Position numbers and translations under genes: made by a program. DNA of 64,000 nt. Source: Candidatus Aldehydirespiratoraceae bacterium (GTDB lineage Bacteria > Actinomycetota > Acidimicrobiia > Acidimicrobiales > Aldehydirespiratoraceae). Below, one piece after another: positions 7,729-18,628 of this stretch. Positions within the stretch are counted from its first letter, which is position 1. Each line of letters opens with the position of its first letter. The notes under the pieces are model-generated. The model searched no databases and was not told where the DNA came from. It saw only the letters and a list, made by a program, of their open reading frames with translations. The DNA lies in the NCBI GenBank assembly GCA_965249055.1, contig CBDFKX010000002.1, positions 3,021,800-3,085,799 on the forward strand. The letters are read 5' to 3'.

Positions 7729-8999
7729 CGTGTCCGTTTCTCAATCAATTCGTCAATGAGCAATTCCTGCGCGACTCGACGCTGGCTACTGTCGCCCATA
7801 TCACGCAAAGTGACCTCGCCCGCAACGAGTTCATCTTCACCGATAATCACCGCGAAGTTTGCACCGGAACGGTCCGCCACCTTCATCTGGGCTTTCATAG
7901 ATCGCCCTCCGTAACTTCGGTCCGCGGCGATACCGGCTTTGCGCAGAAGGTCACAGACCTTCAGCGCCTCTGTACCTCCAGTGACATCGACCAAAAACAC
8001 TTCAACCGCGCTTTCAGAGGTCGCAAAAACCCCCTCCGTATCACAGGCCAACAGGATCCGGTCTACACCTAGGGCAAAGCCGATCCCGGGTGTGGGAGGA
8101 CCGCCGAGATCTTCAACGAGACCGTCGTAACGACCACCACCACCGACCGCGTTCTGCGCGCCCGGCAATCCAACGGCAGCAAACTCGAAGGTGGTGCGCG
8201 TGTAGTAGTCGAGGCCCCGCACCAAACGGGGGGAGATTTCATATGCAATTCCAACTGCGTCGAGCCCTGCTCTCACGGCAGCGAAGTGCGCTGCAGATTC
8301 ATCATCAAGGAAATCAACCATCACCGGAGCTTGGGCGACAACAGAGGAGTCCTGTTCACGTTTGGAGTCGAGCACCCGTAGAGGGTTGCGTTCCAATGTC
8401 ACAAGCGTTTGAGTCGACAAACGTGATCGGTTCTTGTTCAGATAGTCGCTGAGCGCCTGCTCATAGGCCTGACGACTGCCAAGATCACCTGGGCTGCCAA
8501 GACTGTTGAGAGCCAATTCGACTCGGCGCAAACCCAGCGACTCAAAGAAGCGGGCACCCAAGACGATGACGTCAATATCTGCCTGGGGGTCATCGGTTCC
8601 GAGTACCTCCACACCGACCTGCGTGAACTGTCGATAACGACCTGCTTGGGGCTGCTCATAACGGAACTGGGGGCCCTCGTACCACACTTTCCAGGGTGGT
8701 GTGGGTCGGTGCTCGGCATAGGCCCGACAGATGCTCGCTGTTAATTCCGGGCGTAGCGCAAGTTGCTGGGGAGGATCTCCCTTGTCGAAGAAATCAAACA
8801 TCTCTTTGGTGACCACATCGGTGGACTCACCAAGTCTCTTGAAAACTCCAAGATCCTCGAAGATTGGAGAGATGACTTCCCCAAATCCGCTGTGACCAGC
8901 CTGTAATGCGAACTCGTCGACGAGCGCGCGAAGACGCGTCGAGTCGGGTACAAAGATGTCGCGGGTGCCTTTGGGGGCACGAAACGTCGGCTCAGCCAC
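7725..8999 (-). CDS. hisS: Histidine--tRNA ligase
   Basis: 424 aa with APKGTRD near the N-terminus, the RPELTAS motif, GGGGRYD and a C-terminal anticodon-binding domain. It overlaps aspS by 4 bp. Confidence 0.93.
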   Translation of the reverse strand: MAEPTFRAPKGTRDIFVPDSTRLRALVDEFALQAGHSGFGEVISPIFEDLGVFKRLGESTDVVTKEMFDFFDKGDPPQQLALRPELTASICRAYAEHRPTPPWKVWYEGPQFRYEQPQAGRYRQFTQVGVEVLGTDDPQADIDVIVLGARFFESLGLRRVELALNSLGSPGDLGSRQAYEQALSDYLNKNRSRLSTQTLVTLERNPLRVLDSKREQDSSVVAQAPVMVDFLDDESAAHFAAVRAGLDAVGIAYEISPRLVRGLDYYTRTTFEFAAVGLPGAQNAVGGGGRYDGLVEDLGGPPTPGIGFALGVDRILLACDTEGVFATSESAVEVFLVDVTGGTEALKVCDLLRKAGIAADRSYGGRSMKAQMKVADRSGANFAVIIGEDELVAGEVTLRDMGDSSQRRVAQELLIDELIEKRTR

Positions 9000-9010
9000 A
9001 GCAAGTCAGG

Positions 9011-11323
9011 CTACCCGTGCGTTCCGGTAGTAGTCCGTCCGCTTGGAGCGGGTGTCGCTCTGGGAACAACACGGAATGCGTCGTATACAGCCTCGACCAC
9101 CAGCAAGGAAGACAGCACCGAGTCGAGTTGGCTCAGATCGGCGAGTTCAAACTCAAACTGCATCTTGGCAATAGCATCATTGCCGGTTTCTGCTTCCACA
9201 GCGGTGACATTGAGGCCGTGAGAGGAAAGAACTCTCGACACATCAACCAACAACTCAGCGCGATCAAGAGCGTGAACTTCGATGGTTGTGGCGAAGTGGC
9301 CGTCGTGTTCGGCGTCCCACTCAACTTCGATGAGCCGATCAGGCTGACCTTCTTGCAAGGTGGTGGCGTTGAGGCAATCCGTGCGATGAACAGACACGCC
9401 GCGGCCTCGGGTCACAAACCCCACGATCTCGTCGGGGGGAATCGGAGAACAGCACCGCGAGATGCGAATCATGATGTCGTCGAGACCCTCCACATGCACT
9501 CCCGCCGATCCTGGAGCCCGGCGCTTGCCCTCCACTCGCCCACTGACGGTCGTCGGTAGACGAGGCTGTCCTTTTTCGGGGGCATCCTCGCCTCTCATCT
9601 CTCGGGCAAGGCGATCCGCGACCGTCCGGGCGGCCACATGCCCTTCCCCAATCGCCGCGAAGAGCAGATCCTCGTCGGAATAGTTCATCTGCTCAGCGAC
9701 CTTAAGGAATACCTTTTCTTTAAGGATCCGTTGCGCTGGCAAGCCCTCCCGACGCAGTGCCTGGAGCAGATCGTCACGACCTTGCTCAATAGCGTCGGAT
9801 CGACGCTCCCTGGTGTACCACTGCTTGATTCGGTTGGCGGCACGCCGACTCGCGACAAAGGTCAGCCAATCTCGACTGGGTCCCGCCCCCTCAACTTTAG
9901 AGGTGAAGATCTCAACGGAGTCACCGGACCCGAGTCGAGTATCAAGGGGCATCAGCCGACCATTGATCTTCGAACCGACACAGCTATGTCCAACATCGGT
10001 GTGAATCGCGTAGGCAAAATCGACCGGCGTTGCCCCCACCGGCAGTTCGATCACTTTCCCTTTGGGCGTGAAGACGTAAACCTCGTCCTGGTCGAGATCG
10101 AACTTCAGGTTGGACATGAACTCTGACGGATCAGAGGTTTCCGATTGCCACTCAACGATGCGGCTCAACCACGCCATCTCACTACCAGGCTCTTCGTTTT
10201 TGTAGTCCCAGTGGGCCGCAACGCCGAACTCTGCGCGCTGATGCATCTCTTTGGTGCGAATCTGAACCTCAATCGACTTGCCCTGCGGACCTACCACCGT
10301 TGTGTGCAACGACTGGTAGAGGTTGAATTTCGGCATCGCGATGTAGTCCTTGAATCGCCCCTGTACTGGCCGCCAGGTTGCATGTATCGAGCCCAGCGCC
10401 GCGTAGCAGTCCCGCACCGAATCGACGATCACCCGGATACCCACAAGATCGAAGATCTCTTCGAAAGTCCGGCCCTTGACCACCATCTTCTCGTAGATGG
10501 ACCACAAGTGTTTGGGGCGACCATCGATCTCAGCCACAATCCCGAGTTCGGCTAGACGAGCTTGCACATTTCCGAGAACTTGAGCCAAGTACAGATCCCG
10601 CTCTGGAGCTCGCAACGCCAACATCTGGTCGATCTCTGCGTAACGCCGAGGATGAAGAGCTGCGAATGACAGATCCTCAAGCTGCTGCTTCAGATCGGCC
10701 ATGCCGAGCCGGTGAGCCAGCGGTGCGTACACATCAAGGGTTTCGCGTGCGATTCGCTCCTGCTTGAACTCGGGCAGCGCCGCCACCGTTCTGAGGTTGT
10801 GGAGGCGATCGGCAAGCTTGATGATCAACACCCGCAAATCCGAGGCGATCGCGACAATCATTTTGCGCATGGTCGCAGCCTGTTGCTGCTCTTTGGTGTC
10901 GTACTTGACACGATCGAGCTTGGTTACACCATCGACAATGTCGGCGAGGTCAACACCGAATTCCTCTTCAAGCTGCCGCAAACCAACGGTTGTGTCTTCC
11001 ACCGCGTCGTGAAGCAGAGCTCCTGCCACCGTTACATCGTCAATACCCTGGTGAGCGACGATGGTCGCAACAGCAACCGGGTGACGAATGTAGGGCTCTC
11101 CGGATTTTCGGTTCTGGCCTTCGTGGGCAGCATGAGCCAATTCGAAGGCTCGCTCAATCAAATCCGTGTCTGCTTTAGGGTGATGAGCGCGGTAAACACT
11201 CAGGAGTTGCGTGATCTCCGCAGAACTCGGACGATTAGCCGAACGGCGCCACGGCAAAACTCGAGTAACGGTTACCAACTCAGTTGCCTCCGAACACAAC
11301 CACGGACTCAACCGTGAAATCAC
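9011..11323 (-). CDS. relA: Bifunctional (p)ppGpp synthetase/hydrolase (RelA/SpoT homologue)
   Basis: 770 aa with an HD hydrolase domain (HPVAVATIVA...LLHDAVEDT), a synthetase domain, and TGS and ACT-like C-terminal domains. The annotated GTG start overlaps the apt 3' end, and a TTG at 11278 just after the apt stop is an alternative. Confidence 0.9.
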   Translation of the reverse strand: MISRLSPWLCSEATELVTVTRVLPWRRSANRPSSAEITQLLSVYRAHHPKADTDLIERAFELAHAAHEGQNRKSGEPYIRHPVAVATIVAHQGIDDVTVAGALLHDAVEDTTVGLRQLEEEFGVDLADIVDGVTKLDRVKYDTKEQQQAATMRKMIVAIASDLRVLIIKLADRLHNLRTVAALPEFKQERIARETLDVYAPLAHRLGMADLKQQLEDLSFAALHPRRYAEIDQMLALRAPERDLYLAQVLGNVQARLAELGIVAEIDGRPKHLWSIYEKMVVKGRTFEEIFDLVGIRVIVDSVRDCYAALGSIHATWRPVQGRFKDYIAMPKFNLYQSLHTTVVGPQGKSIEVQIRTKEMHQRAEFGVAAHWDYKNEEPGSEMAWLSRIVEWQSETSDPSEFMSNLKFDLDQDEVYVFTPKGKVIELPVGATPVDFAYAIHTDVGHSCVGSKINGRLMPLDTRLGSGDSVEIFTSKVEGAGPSRDWLTFVASRRAANRIKQWYTRERRSDAIEQGRDDLLQALRREGLPAQRILKEKVFLKVAEQMNYSDEDLLFAAIGEGHVAARTVADRLAREMRGEDAPEKGQPRLPTTVSGRVEGKRRAPGSAGVHVEGLDDIMIRISRCCSPIPPDEIVGFVTRGRGVSVHRTDCLNATTLQEGQPDRLIEVEWDAEHDGHFATTIEVHALDRAELLVDVSRVLSSHGLNVTAVEAETGNDAIAKMQFEFELADLSQLDSVLSSLLVVEAVYDAFRVVPRATPAPSGRTTTGTHG

Positions 11324-11816
11324 CTAAAAGGCTGCGACCCGACAAAAACTCCAACTCAATGAGTATCGAGAAACCAGCAACTGTGGCACCAGTAGCACCG
11401 ATGAGCGTTGCTGCGGCAAGCGCAGTACCAGCCGTTGCCAGCACATCGTCAACCACCAGCACACGGTCGCCGGGTCCAGTTGCGTCTGTGTGAACCTCTA
11501 TCGTGTCTGGGCCGTACTCCCGGTTGTAGTTCTGCGAGATGGCGTCAGAAGGCAACTTGCCCTGCTTGCGGATGGGCACGAACCCAACCGACAGGCGCTC
11601 GGCGATAGGTACACCGAAGATAAATCCGCGGGACTCAATACCGGCGACTTTGGTGATCTCTTTGCCTGGTTCTGCCGCTAGCCAAGGAGCCACCATGACA
11701 TCAATCGCCGAGTTGAAGGCATCCGGATCCAACAGCAGGGGCGTGATGTCCTTGTAGACGATCCCAGGCTCAGGAAAGTCTTCAACGTCACGAATCAAGT
11801 CGCAGATGACATCCAT
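11280..11816 (-). CDS. apt: Adenine phosphoribosyltransferase
   Basis: PRTase motif VLVVDDVLATAGT and an N-terminus DFPEPGIVYKDITPLL. The start was trimmed from the track ORF (12005) to the ATG at 11816 (MDVICDL), because the upstream extension overlaps secF. Confidence 0.88.
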   Translation of the reverse strand: MDVICDLIRDVEDFPEPGIVYKDITPLLLDPDAFNSAIDVMVAPWLAAEPGKEITKVAGIESRGFIFGVPIAERLSVGFVPIRKQGKLPSDAISQNYNREYGPDTIEVHTDATGPGDRVLVVDDVLATAGTALAAATLIGATGATVAGFSILIELEFLSGRSLLGDFTVESVVVFGGN

Positions 11817-11835
11817 ACTTGTCACCGTAGCCGCC

Positions 11836-12915
11836 TCAGCGCTTCTTCTTTTTCTTCCTCGGTCGAGGGGGGGCATGGGCCGGACGCACACGATCGGCGG
11901 TAGGGCGGGTTTTGATTGCCCCGAGAGCGGCATCTTCTGAAGCAACCATGCGCGTGCCTTCTTTGCCCCCGGACCGCAACCACACCTTGCGGGCAAGCGC
12001 AACATGGTGCGCCTCGCGCTCTTTCATCTGAGCCACTAACGCAGAAGCCACAAAGATCGAAGAATACGAGCCCACGATGATGCCGATCAGCAACGCCAGC
12101 GCAAACTCCTGGAGGGTCAACGCGCCAAGGAAGAACGAACCCACGACCAGCATTGAGAGCACCGGTAGAACTGAAGTGATCGAGGTGTTGATTGATCGCA
12201 TCAGCACCTGGTTGAGGGCCAGATTCATCATCTCGGTGTAGGTGTAGCGCTCGGTCGGACCCAACCTGCGCCCGATCTCGCGAACCTTGTCGTAGACAAC
12301 AATCGTGTCGTAGAGCGAATAACCCATGATCGTCAAAAAGGCGATCACAGTTGCCGGGGTGACCTCGAACTGGAACAACGAATAAAGGCCGACCGAGATG
12401 ATGATGTCGTGGGCGACCGCGACTAGCGCACCCACCGACATTCGCCACTCGAGCCGGATCGCGATGTAGAGGGCAATAATGATGAAGAACCAAACGAGGG
12501 CATTGCGGGCTTTGTTGGTTATCTGATCACCCCACGACGGGCCGACAGTAGTAACAGAGACTTCGCCGGTACCTACATCTGCTAGCACTGCTAGAGCTTG
12601 TGTGACTTCCGCGGTACCGCCGGCATCGTCTATATCTGCGCGGACACGAATGCTGTCGATACCGACAGTCTGGATCTTGCCTGCAGCCGCGCCAGTTCCG
12701 GCAAGGGCGTCTCGGGCCTCGGCGACCGAGGTATCGGGCGCGAGCACTTCCCAGGAAGTACCTCCCTCGAATTCAATTCCCAGGTTCAACCCCCGAAATG
12801 CCAGAGAACCCAAGCTCACCAGCACAAGCACGGCCGACCCGATCAGGGCTCTCTTCCATATCGCAGGAAAGTCGAACTGCTGCTCCCCGCGGTACAAACG
12901 GCCCACGATACTCAT
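11836..12915 (-). CDS. secF: Protein translocase subunit SecF
   Basis: 359 aa with six predicted TM segments and a SecD/SecF-family core (GIEFEGGTSWEV, YDTIVVYDKVRE). It overlaps secD by 4 bp. Confidence 0.9.
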   Translation of the reverse strand: MSIVGRLYRGEQQFDFPAIWKRALIGSAVLVLVSLGSLAFRGLNLGIEFEGGTSWEVLAPDTSVAEARDALAGTGAAAGKIQTVGIDSIRVRADIDDAGGTAEVTQALAVLADVGTGEVSVTTVGPSWGDQITNKARNALVWFFIIIALYIAIRLEWRMSVGALVAVAHDIIISVGLYSLFQFEVTPATVIAFLTIMGYSLYDTIVVYDKVREIGRRLGPTERYTYTEMMNLALNQVLMRSINTSITSVLPVLSMLVVGSFFLGALTLQEFALALLIGIIVGSYSSIFVASALVAQMKEREAHHVALARKVWLRSGGKEGTRMVASEDAALGAIKTRPTADRVRPAHAPPRPRKKKKKR

Positions 12916-14435
12916 GAGGTCACCTGCGAGGTCTTGGCATCAACAAACGGGATACCGAATCGCTTCGGGTGACTACTCATTGATTCTCTGCGGGCCATTC
13001 CTCGAATGACCGGACCCATGAAGAAGTAGGTCGCTATCAGGTCGAGCACCGTGGCCAAGCCGAGGAACAGCGCGAAGCCCTTCACCTGGCCAACGGTCAG
13101 GAAGTACAGCACCAACGCGGCAATCAAGCTGGCCACATCGGCTTTGACAATCGTCGAGAAGGCGATTGGGAAAGCCCGTTCCACCGCCGAACGCACCGTC
13201 CGACCAGCGCGAACATCTTCCTTCAAGTGTTCGAAATAGACGACGTTCGAGTCAACCGAAACGCCGATCGACACAATCAACCCGGTAACTCCAGCCAGCG
13301 TCAGCGCCAATCCCTGTGATTCACCGAGCCAGGAAATCATGGTCCACAGCATCGCTCCCGAAATTGCCAGGCTGGAGATGGCGACCACGCCCAAGAACCG
13401 GTAGTAGACAAGCAGGTACAGCGAGACCAGCGCCAAGCCGATGATTCCGGCGACGATGCCGGCGTCAAGGGCGTCTTCGCCCAGGGTTGACGAGACAATC
13501 CGGCTTTCCTGGGGGGTCAATTCGACAGGAAGCGAACCAAACCTCAACACCAATGCCAAGTCTTTGGCTACTTGCTCGGTCATAGCGCCACCAGAGATCA
13601 CGACCTCGCCGCGGTCAAAATTGGAGATGCCAACGGTCGGCGCGCTTTCCACGATCCCGTCGATCTCCACGGCAACTCGACCAACGGGAAGCCCCGTCCT
13701 GGGCGAGGTGCCGGTCGGAGGGCATACTTCGGTACCGCTGGCGCACTGCGCGGCGAGGGCGTTGAAATCGTCGATCCCCGGCGACCCGGACCTGAAGGAG
13801 ATATTGACGACCCATTCAATCTGCAGTCGTGCCGCAGCGGTGTCGAGAACTTCACCGGTCAGGCGGGCACCGGGGTTTTCCTGCTGATCCACGAGCAGCG
13901 GCGCGGGACCGAGCAGGTAACGAACAACCGGACCACCTCGGTCGACTGCGACCATGCATTCATCGGAATCCGCGTTGGGAGTCGGGTCGTGATACAACCC
14001 CGCCAAGGCTTCCTCGTCACCAGCTGATTCCGGCGCACACAAAGCGATGCTCTGAGACACAAAGTCCTCGTCGCCAAAAACCTCTTGATACAGCGGGCGG
14101 AAACGAAGCTCCGCGGTCTGGCCTACGAGTTCAATGGCCCGCTGCTGATCTTCGACACCGGGAATCTGGACCAAGATTGTCGAGCCTTGACGACTTATCT
14201 CCGGCTCGCGCACACCGAGACCATCGACTCGGTTGCGGATGATGTCCACCGCCTGGTCAAGCACTTCGTCAGAAATCTCAGAGCCGTCCTCGTTGGGTTC
14301 GGGCTCAAGCACCACCGAGGCTCCGCCCTGGAGGTCAAGCCCTAGCAACGGTTCGTTTCCGGACGTGATCGTGTAGACAACACCCGCAAGGGCGATGACT
14401 ATGATGCCGATAGCGAAAGTGAGTTGCCGACGCAT
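12912..14435 (-). CDS. secD: Protein translocase subunit SecD
   Basis: 507 aa with LGLDLQGGASVVLE near the N-terminus, a large periplasm-like loop and C-terminal TM bundle motifs (DSNVVYFEHLKED). Confidence 0.9.
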   Translation of the reverse strand: MRRQLTFAIGIIVIALAGVVYTITSGNEPLLGLDLQGGASVVLEPEPNEDGSEISDEVLDQAVDIIRNRVDGLGVREPEISRQGSTILVQIPGVEDQQRAIELVGQTAELRFRPLYQEVFGDEDFVSQSIALCAPESAGDEEALAGLYHDPTPNADSDECMVAVDRGGPVVRYLLGPAPLLVDQQENPGARLTGEVLDTAAARLQIEWVVNISFRSGSPGIDDFNALAAQCASGTEVCPPTGTSPRTGLPVGRVAVEIDGIVESAPTVGISNFDRGEVVISGGAMTEQVAKDLALVLRFGSLPVELTPQESRIVSSTLGEDALDAGIVAGIIGLALVSLYLLVYYRFLGVVAISSLAISGAMLWTMISWLGESQGLALTLAGVTGLIVSIGVSVDSNVVYFEHLKEDVRAGRTVRSAVERAFPIAFSTIVKADVASLIAALVLYFLTVGQVKGFALFLGLATVLDLIATYFFMGPVIRGMARRESMSSHPKRFGIPFVDAKTSQVTS

Positions 14436-14445
14436 CTACTGGGCG

Positions 14446-14754
14446 TCAGTTGGAACCGTCGGTGTCATCAGCGGCATCGATAGCGTCGTCTGCTGAATCG
14501 TCGGTTTGAGAAACAACCTGGACGATCGACGATTTTTGGACCTTCAGCTCGACCTCTGGTGCCACTTCGAGCCAGATGACACCGTCTTCAACCTCGGCTA
14601 CCGCACCGTAGATACCGGCGCTGGTGAGAACCTCGTCTCCCTCGTTCAGCGAGCTGAGGAGCTGACGATGGGTCTTCATCTTGCGCCGCTGTGGGGCGAT
14701 CATGAAGAAGTAGAGAAAGCCGACAATTAAGGCGGGAAAGAGAAGGGATTCCAT
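14446..14754 (-). CDS. yajC: Preprotein translocase subunit YajC
   Basis: A single TM segment followed by PQRRKMK and the motif GDEVLTSAGIYG. The start was trimmed to the ATG at 14754 (MESLLFP) so that it no longer overlaps the tgt 3' end. Confidence 0.85.
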   Translation of the reverse strand: MESLLFPALIVGFLYFFMIAPQRRKMKTHRQLLSSLNEGDEVLTSAGIYGAVAEVEDGVIWLEVAPEVELKVQKSSIVQVVSQTDDSADDAIDAADDTDGSN

Positions 14755-14791
14755 GCGAACATCCGAAAGTCTTGGGCGAACTGACGCAAGG

Positions 14792-15904
14792 CTATCGCCC
14801 CCAAGCGTCATGAACGCGGTACCGAAAGATCTCAAAGTTCCCAGCGCTGATCGCAAGCGACATTTGGTCCATGAATCTAAGCAACCAGGCCAGATTGTGC
14901 AGCGTCAATATCCGGGCCGCGGTGGGTTCCTTGGTCGCCAACAAGTGCCGCAAATAACCGCGGGACCAGCGATTGGCGGGACTCTTTTGCCAGGACCCGT
15001 CGAGCGGTTCGTCGCTGTCGGCGAATTCCGCACGGCGTAGATTGTACTTGCCTTCATCGGTGAGGACCGTGCCGTGACGGGCAAGGCGTGTGGGAAGAAC
15101 GCAGTCAAACATGTCAACGCCCCGCGCCACAGATTCGACGATCCCGATCGGATCCCCGAGGCCCATGAAATAGCGCGGCTGATCGCTCGGCAGCAGACCG
15201 ATGCAGGCGTCGAGGCCCCCCAGCATCTGCTCCCGGTCCTCCCCTACCGACAGCCCTCCGACCGCGTAACCGTCGAAGTCGATAGCGACGGTCCGTTCAG
15301 CAGACTCAACCCGTAACGCTTCGTCAGCTCCACCCTGGACTATCCCAAACTGGCTCTGATGCTGCGCTGCAAACGGATGCTCCAAGAAAGCCCGGCGTCC
15401 CCTACCCGCCCAGAGCGCGGTGCGCTCAACTGCCGAACGCAAGACCTCGTGCCCGGCGACTGCGGAGGGGCACACGTCGAGCACCATCTGGATGTCCGCC
15501 CCGATAAGAGCCTGCACAGCGACAGCTTTCTCAGGCGTCAGCCGGTGTTCGGAACCGTCGTAAACCGATTTGAAAGTGGCTCCATCGTCGTCTATCCGAG
15601 GCTTCAGAGAAAAGATCTGGTAGCCGCCCGAGTCCGTCAGAACATGGTTGTTGAAATCAACGAAACTATGTATCCCGCCCAACTCAGAGACGATCTCGGC
15701 ACCGGGTCGCAGCATCAGGTGGTAAGTGTTGGCCAAAATCACCTCAGCTCCGAGAGCCTCCAAGTCATCCGATGCCAAATGGCGAACCGCGCCCCGCGTT
15801 CCCACCGGCATGAACCGCGGCGTCGTGAATTGTCCCCGGGCCGTTGTGACGACACCCGTTCGGGCTGCTCCGTCACGTGCGGTCTGAACAAAAGTTGTCC
15901 TCAC
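14792..15904 (-). CDS. tgt: tRNA-guanine transglycosylase (queuine tRNA-ribosyltransferase)
   Basis: 370 aa with TPRFMPVGTRGAV, DSGGYQ and GLSVGE motifs. Confidence 0.92.
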   Translation of the reverse strand: MRTTFVQTARDGAARTGVVTTARGQFTTPRFMPVGTRGAVRHLASDDLEALGAEVILANTYHLMLRPGAEIVSELGGIHSFVDFNNHVLTDSGGYQIFSLKPRIDDDGATFKSVYDGSEHRLTPEKAVAVQALIGADIQMVLDVCPSAVAGHEVLRSAVERTALWAGRGRRAFLEHPFAAQHQSQFGIVQGGADEALRVESAERTVAIDFDGYAVGGLSVGEDREQMLGGLDACIGLLPSDQPRYFMGLGDPIGIVESVARGVDMFDCVLPTRLARHGTVLTDEGKYNLRRAEFADSDEPLDGSWQKSPANRWSRGYLRHLLATKEPTAARILTLHNLAWLLRFMDQMSLAISAGNFEIFRYRVHDAWGR

Positions 15905-15913
15905 ACAGTCAGA

Positions 15914-16924
15914 CTACGCGCGGCGTTCGCTGAGCATGGCGTCGCCGAAACTCAAAAACCGGTAGTCCTGTGCTAGCGCCTCGGCATAAATGTCTCGCCA
16001 ACGGGGGCCGACGAAGGCGTCGATCATGCACAGCAAGGTTGACGCCGGGAGATGGAAATTGGTCATCATCACGTCAACCAACGACCAGTCGAAGGGACGT
16101 CGAATAAACAGGTTGCTGCGGCCCTCGAACTGACCGCCGTGGCCCCAGGTTTCGAGCGCTCTGGCTGTGGTGGTGCCGATGGCTACAATCCGTTCGGCTG
16201 AGGAGATCAGTTGTTGGGTGGCCGCAGGAATCGAGTACCACTCGCTGTGCATCACATGGTCGTCGAGACGGTCGACCGCCATGGGCCTGAAGGTGTCAAG
16301 ACCGACGGCCAACTCGACCGTTCCAACATGCACCCCTTTCGCTTGCAAACCCGCGAACACATCCTCGGTCAGGTGCAGGCCGGCGGTAGGCGCAGCGGCC
16401 GATAACGGACGTTTCCCAAACACGGTTTGATAGCGCTCAGGGTCCGATATCTGCTGTTCGATATATGGAGGCAACGGTGGCAACCCGACTTCGTCCAACA
16501 CATCAAGGAGTCGGCGATTGCCCACCTCTGGTTTGACAATGCGCCGTCCCTCGCCGAGATCTTCCCCAATCACCACCGCCATCGAATCGTTTCGCACGAT
16601 CGAACCCGCCTTGAGCTTGCGTGAGGGCCTTACCAGCGCCTCCCAGCGCTGGTCATCCAACTGCTCCAACAACAGCACTTCCGCAGCGCCACCGGTGGAC
16701 CGGCGAAGAGGAATACGGGCCTGAAGCACTCGGGTGTTGTTGACCACGACGAGATCACCTTTGCGAAGAAGCTCCGGCAACGCCGTGACACGGCTATGGC
16801 GGATCTCAGTGCCGCAATCAACCAGCAAACGCGCCTCGTCGCGCCGCTCAAGCGGTGTTTGAGCTATCGAGGTGACTGGCAGTTCATAGCGGATGTCATC
16901 GAGGGTCTGCGGTGGGGGGTCCAC
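15914..16924 (-). CDS. queA: S-adenosylmethionine:tRNA ribosyltransferase-isomerase
   Basis: 336 aa with YELP..IAQ.P...RD..RLLV at the N-terminus, AAPTAGLHLT, and FLSFGDAML at the C-terminus. Confidence 0.9.
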   Translation of the reverse strand: MDPPPQTLDDIRYELPVTSIAQTPLERRDEARLLVDCGTEIRHSRVTALPELLRKGDLVVVNNTRVLQARIPLRRSTGGAAEVLLLEQLDDQRWEALVRPSRKLKAGSIVRNDSMAVVIGEDLGEGRRIVKPEVGNRRLLDVLDEVGLPPLPPYIEQQISDPERYQTVFGKRPLSAAAPTAGLHLTEDVFAGLQAKGVHVGTVELAVGLDTFRPMAVDRLDDHVMHSEWYSIPAATQQLISSAERIVAIGTTTARALETWGHGGQFEGRSNLFIRRPFDWSLVDVMMTNFHLPASTLLCMIDAFVGPRWRDIYAEALAQDYRFLSFGDAMLSERRA

Positions 16925-18015
16925 TAGGCCGACAAGTCGGTTTCGGGGTCGTCGAACAACCCGGGCACCGGTGGCGGGCCGACCGCCGGGACAGCCATTT
17001 TCAGATGCTCGAAAGCGGCCGGAGTGGCGACGCGGCCACGCGGAGTGCGCATTAGCAGCCCCTGTTGGATGAGATAGGGCTCGTATACATCTTCGACGGT
17101 TTCGGACGGTTCGCTGACTGCAATAGCCAGCGTCGACAACCCAACGGGTCCGCCGTCGAACCGCCGACAGACCGCATCGAGCACGGCTCGACTGGCTTTG
17201 TCGAGACCGAGTTCATCAACACCGAAGAACCGCAAACCGTGAGCCGCTACGTCTGCATCGATATGTCCGTCACGTTCAACTTCTGAGTAATCGCGCACTT
17301 GACGCAACAACCGGTTGGCGATGCGGGGTGTTCCTCTGGCACGGCGCGCGATCTCCCATGCTCCATTCTCGGTGATATCGACACCGAAAATCTGAGCGGA
17401 CCGCATGGTAATGGACTGGAGATCGTCAACGTCGTAGAAATCAAGGCGTGCGACCAAGCCGAATCGGTCCCGCAGCGGCCCCGTGATCAAGCCGGTACGG
17501 GTGGTGGCACCCACTAAGGTGAAGGGGGCCAACTCTAAAGGAATCGAACGGGCGGCCGGGCCTTTGCCCAAGACAATGTTGATCCTGAAGTCTTCCATCG
17601 CCGGGTACAGGACTTCCTCAACTGGTCGCGGCAGACGATGGATCTCATCAATGAACAGAACATCTCCGTCTTCGAGCTTCGACAGAATCGAGGCGAGGTC
17701 ACCGGATCGTTCCAACGCCGGGCCTGAAGTGACCAACAGATGCGACCCCATCTCGGCAGCAATAATGTGCGCCAAAGTAGTCTTGCCCAGCCCAGGCGGA
17801 CCCGCGAACAACAGATGGTCGACTGCATCACGACGTTTTGAGGCAGCGCCGAGAATCACCCGCAGGTGACTTTTCAGTTCTGCTTGGCCGACGAACTCAG
17901 CAAGGGTCCGCGGCCGCAGTCCAGGCTCAGCGAGCAGTTCGGTATCGGTTTCTGTCTCGCTTGGCGAAAGCAGGTCTGCTTCGGATTCGGACTCGTTGAG
18001 GAGTTCCTCGCGCAT
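16924..18015 (-). CDS. ruvB: Holliday junction branch migration helicase RuvB
   Basis: 363 aa with [12 protein letters not shown], Walker [12 protein letters not shown], Walker [10 protein letters not shown] and [16 protein letters not shown]. Confidence 0.95.
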   Translation of the reverse strand: MREELLNESESEADLLSPSETETDTELLAEPGLRPRTLAEFVGQAELKSHLRVILGAASKRRDAVDHLLFAGPPGLGKTTLAHIIAAEMGSHLLVTSGPALERSGDLASILSKLEDGDVLFIDEIHRLPRPVEEVLYPAMEDFRINIVLGKGPAARSIPLELAPFTLVGATTRTGLITGPLRDRFGLVARLDFYDVDDLQSITMRSAQIFGVDITENGAWEIARRARGTPRIANRLLRQVRDYSEVERDGHIDADVAAHGLRFFGVDELGLDKASRAVLDAVCRRFDGGPVGLSTLAIAVSEPSETVEDVYEPYLIQQGLLMRTPRGRVATPAAFEHLKMAVPAVGPPPVPGLFDDPETDLSA

Positions 18016-18019
18016 CTAC

Positions 18020-18628
18020 TCAATCTCCCGATGCCAGGCGACGTAGCGCGTCTTTCAATAGCCGGCTGGTATCACCTTCTGTGGGCATCTCTACCAGTAC
18101 CGCGTGGATCTCTTCAGGGCCATAGCCGAGGCTCTCAAGCGCGGCTCTAACATCACTGTGGGTTCCCTGCGGGGTTGACGCATCCACTCCGTCTGCGAGG
18201 GCCCCGGCATAGCCACCACTGGGGAGGTCGAGCTTGCTTTTGAGTTCCATTACCAACCGAGCGGCTGTCTTGCGCCCTACCCCAGGCACTAGGCAAAGCG
18301 CAGCCAAGTCGTCTTGGGCTACTGCAACGCGCAAGGCAGCCGGACCATGAACCGACAAGATGGCAAGTCCCAGCGCAGGGCCGACCCCGTGAGCGCTGAT
18401 CAGAGATTCAAAGATCCGGCGTTCGTCAATAGTCGCGAAGCCATAGAGGGTGTCGCTGTCTTCGCGCACTGCATGATGCGTATGCACAAAAACCTCGCTG
18501 CCCGCAGATCCCAAAGACACTGCGGTGGAGGGAGTCACCTGCACCCGGTAGCCCAGACCTCCGACCTCTATCAACAGTTCTGATTCCGAGGTTCGGTCGA
18601 GCAGTTGCCCCCTCACGGAACCGATCAT
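18020..18628 (-). CDS. ruvA: Holliday junction DNA-binding protein RuvA
   Basis: MIGSVRGQL at the N-terminus and HhH motifs (GVGPALGLAILS, VPGVGRKTAARL). The start was trimmed to the ATG at 18628, giving a 4-bp overlap with ruvC. Confidence 0.9.
   Translation of the reverse strand: MIGSVRGQLLDRTSESELLIEVGGLGYRVQVTPSTAVSLGSAGSEVFVHTHHAVREDSDTLYGFATIDERRIFESLISAHGVGPALGLAILSVHGPAALRVAVAQDDLAALCLVPGVGRKTAARLVMELKSKLDLPSGGYAGALADGVDASTPQGTHSDVRAALESLGYGPEEIHAVLVEMPTEGDTSRLLKDALRRLASGD

Noticed and set aside
11817-12005. 63-codon N-terminal extension of the apt ORF
   Set aside because: It overlaps the secF 3' end, is basic and low-complexity, and the conserved Apt N-terminus begins at the ATG at 11816.
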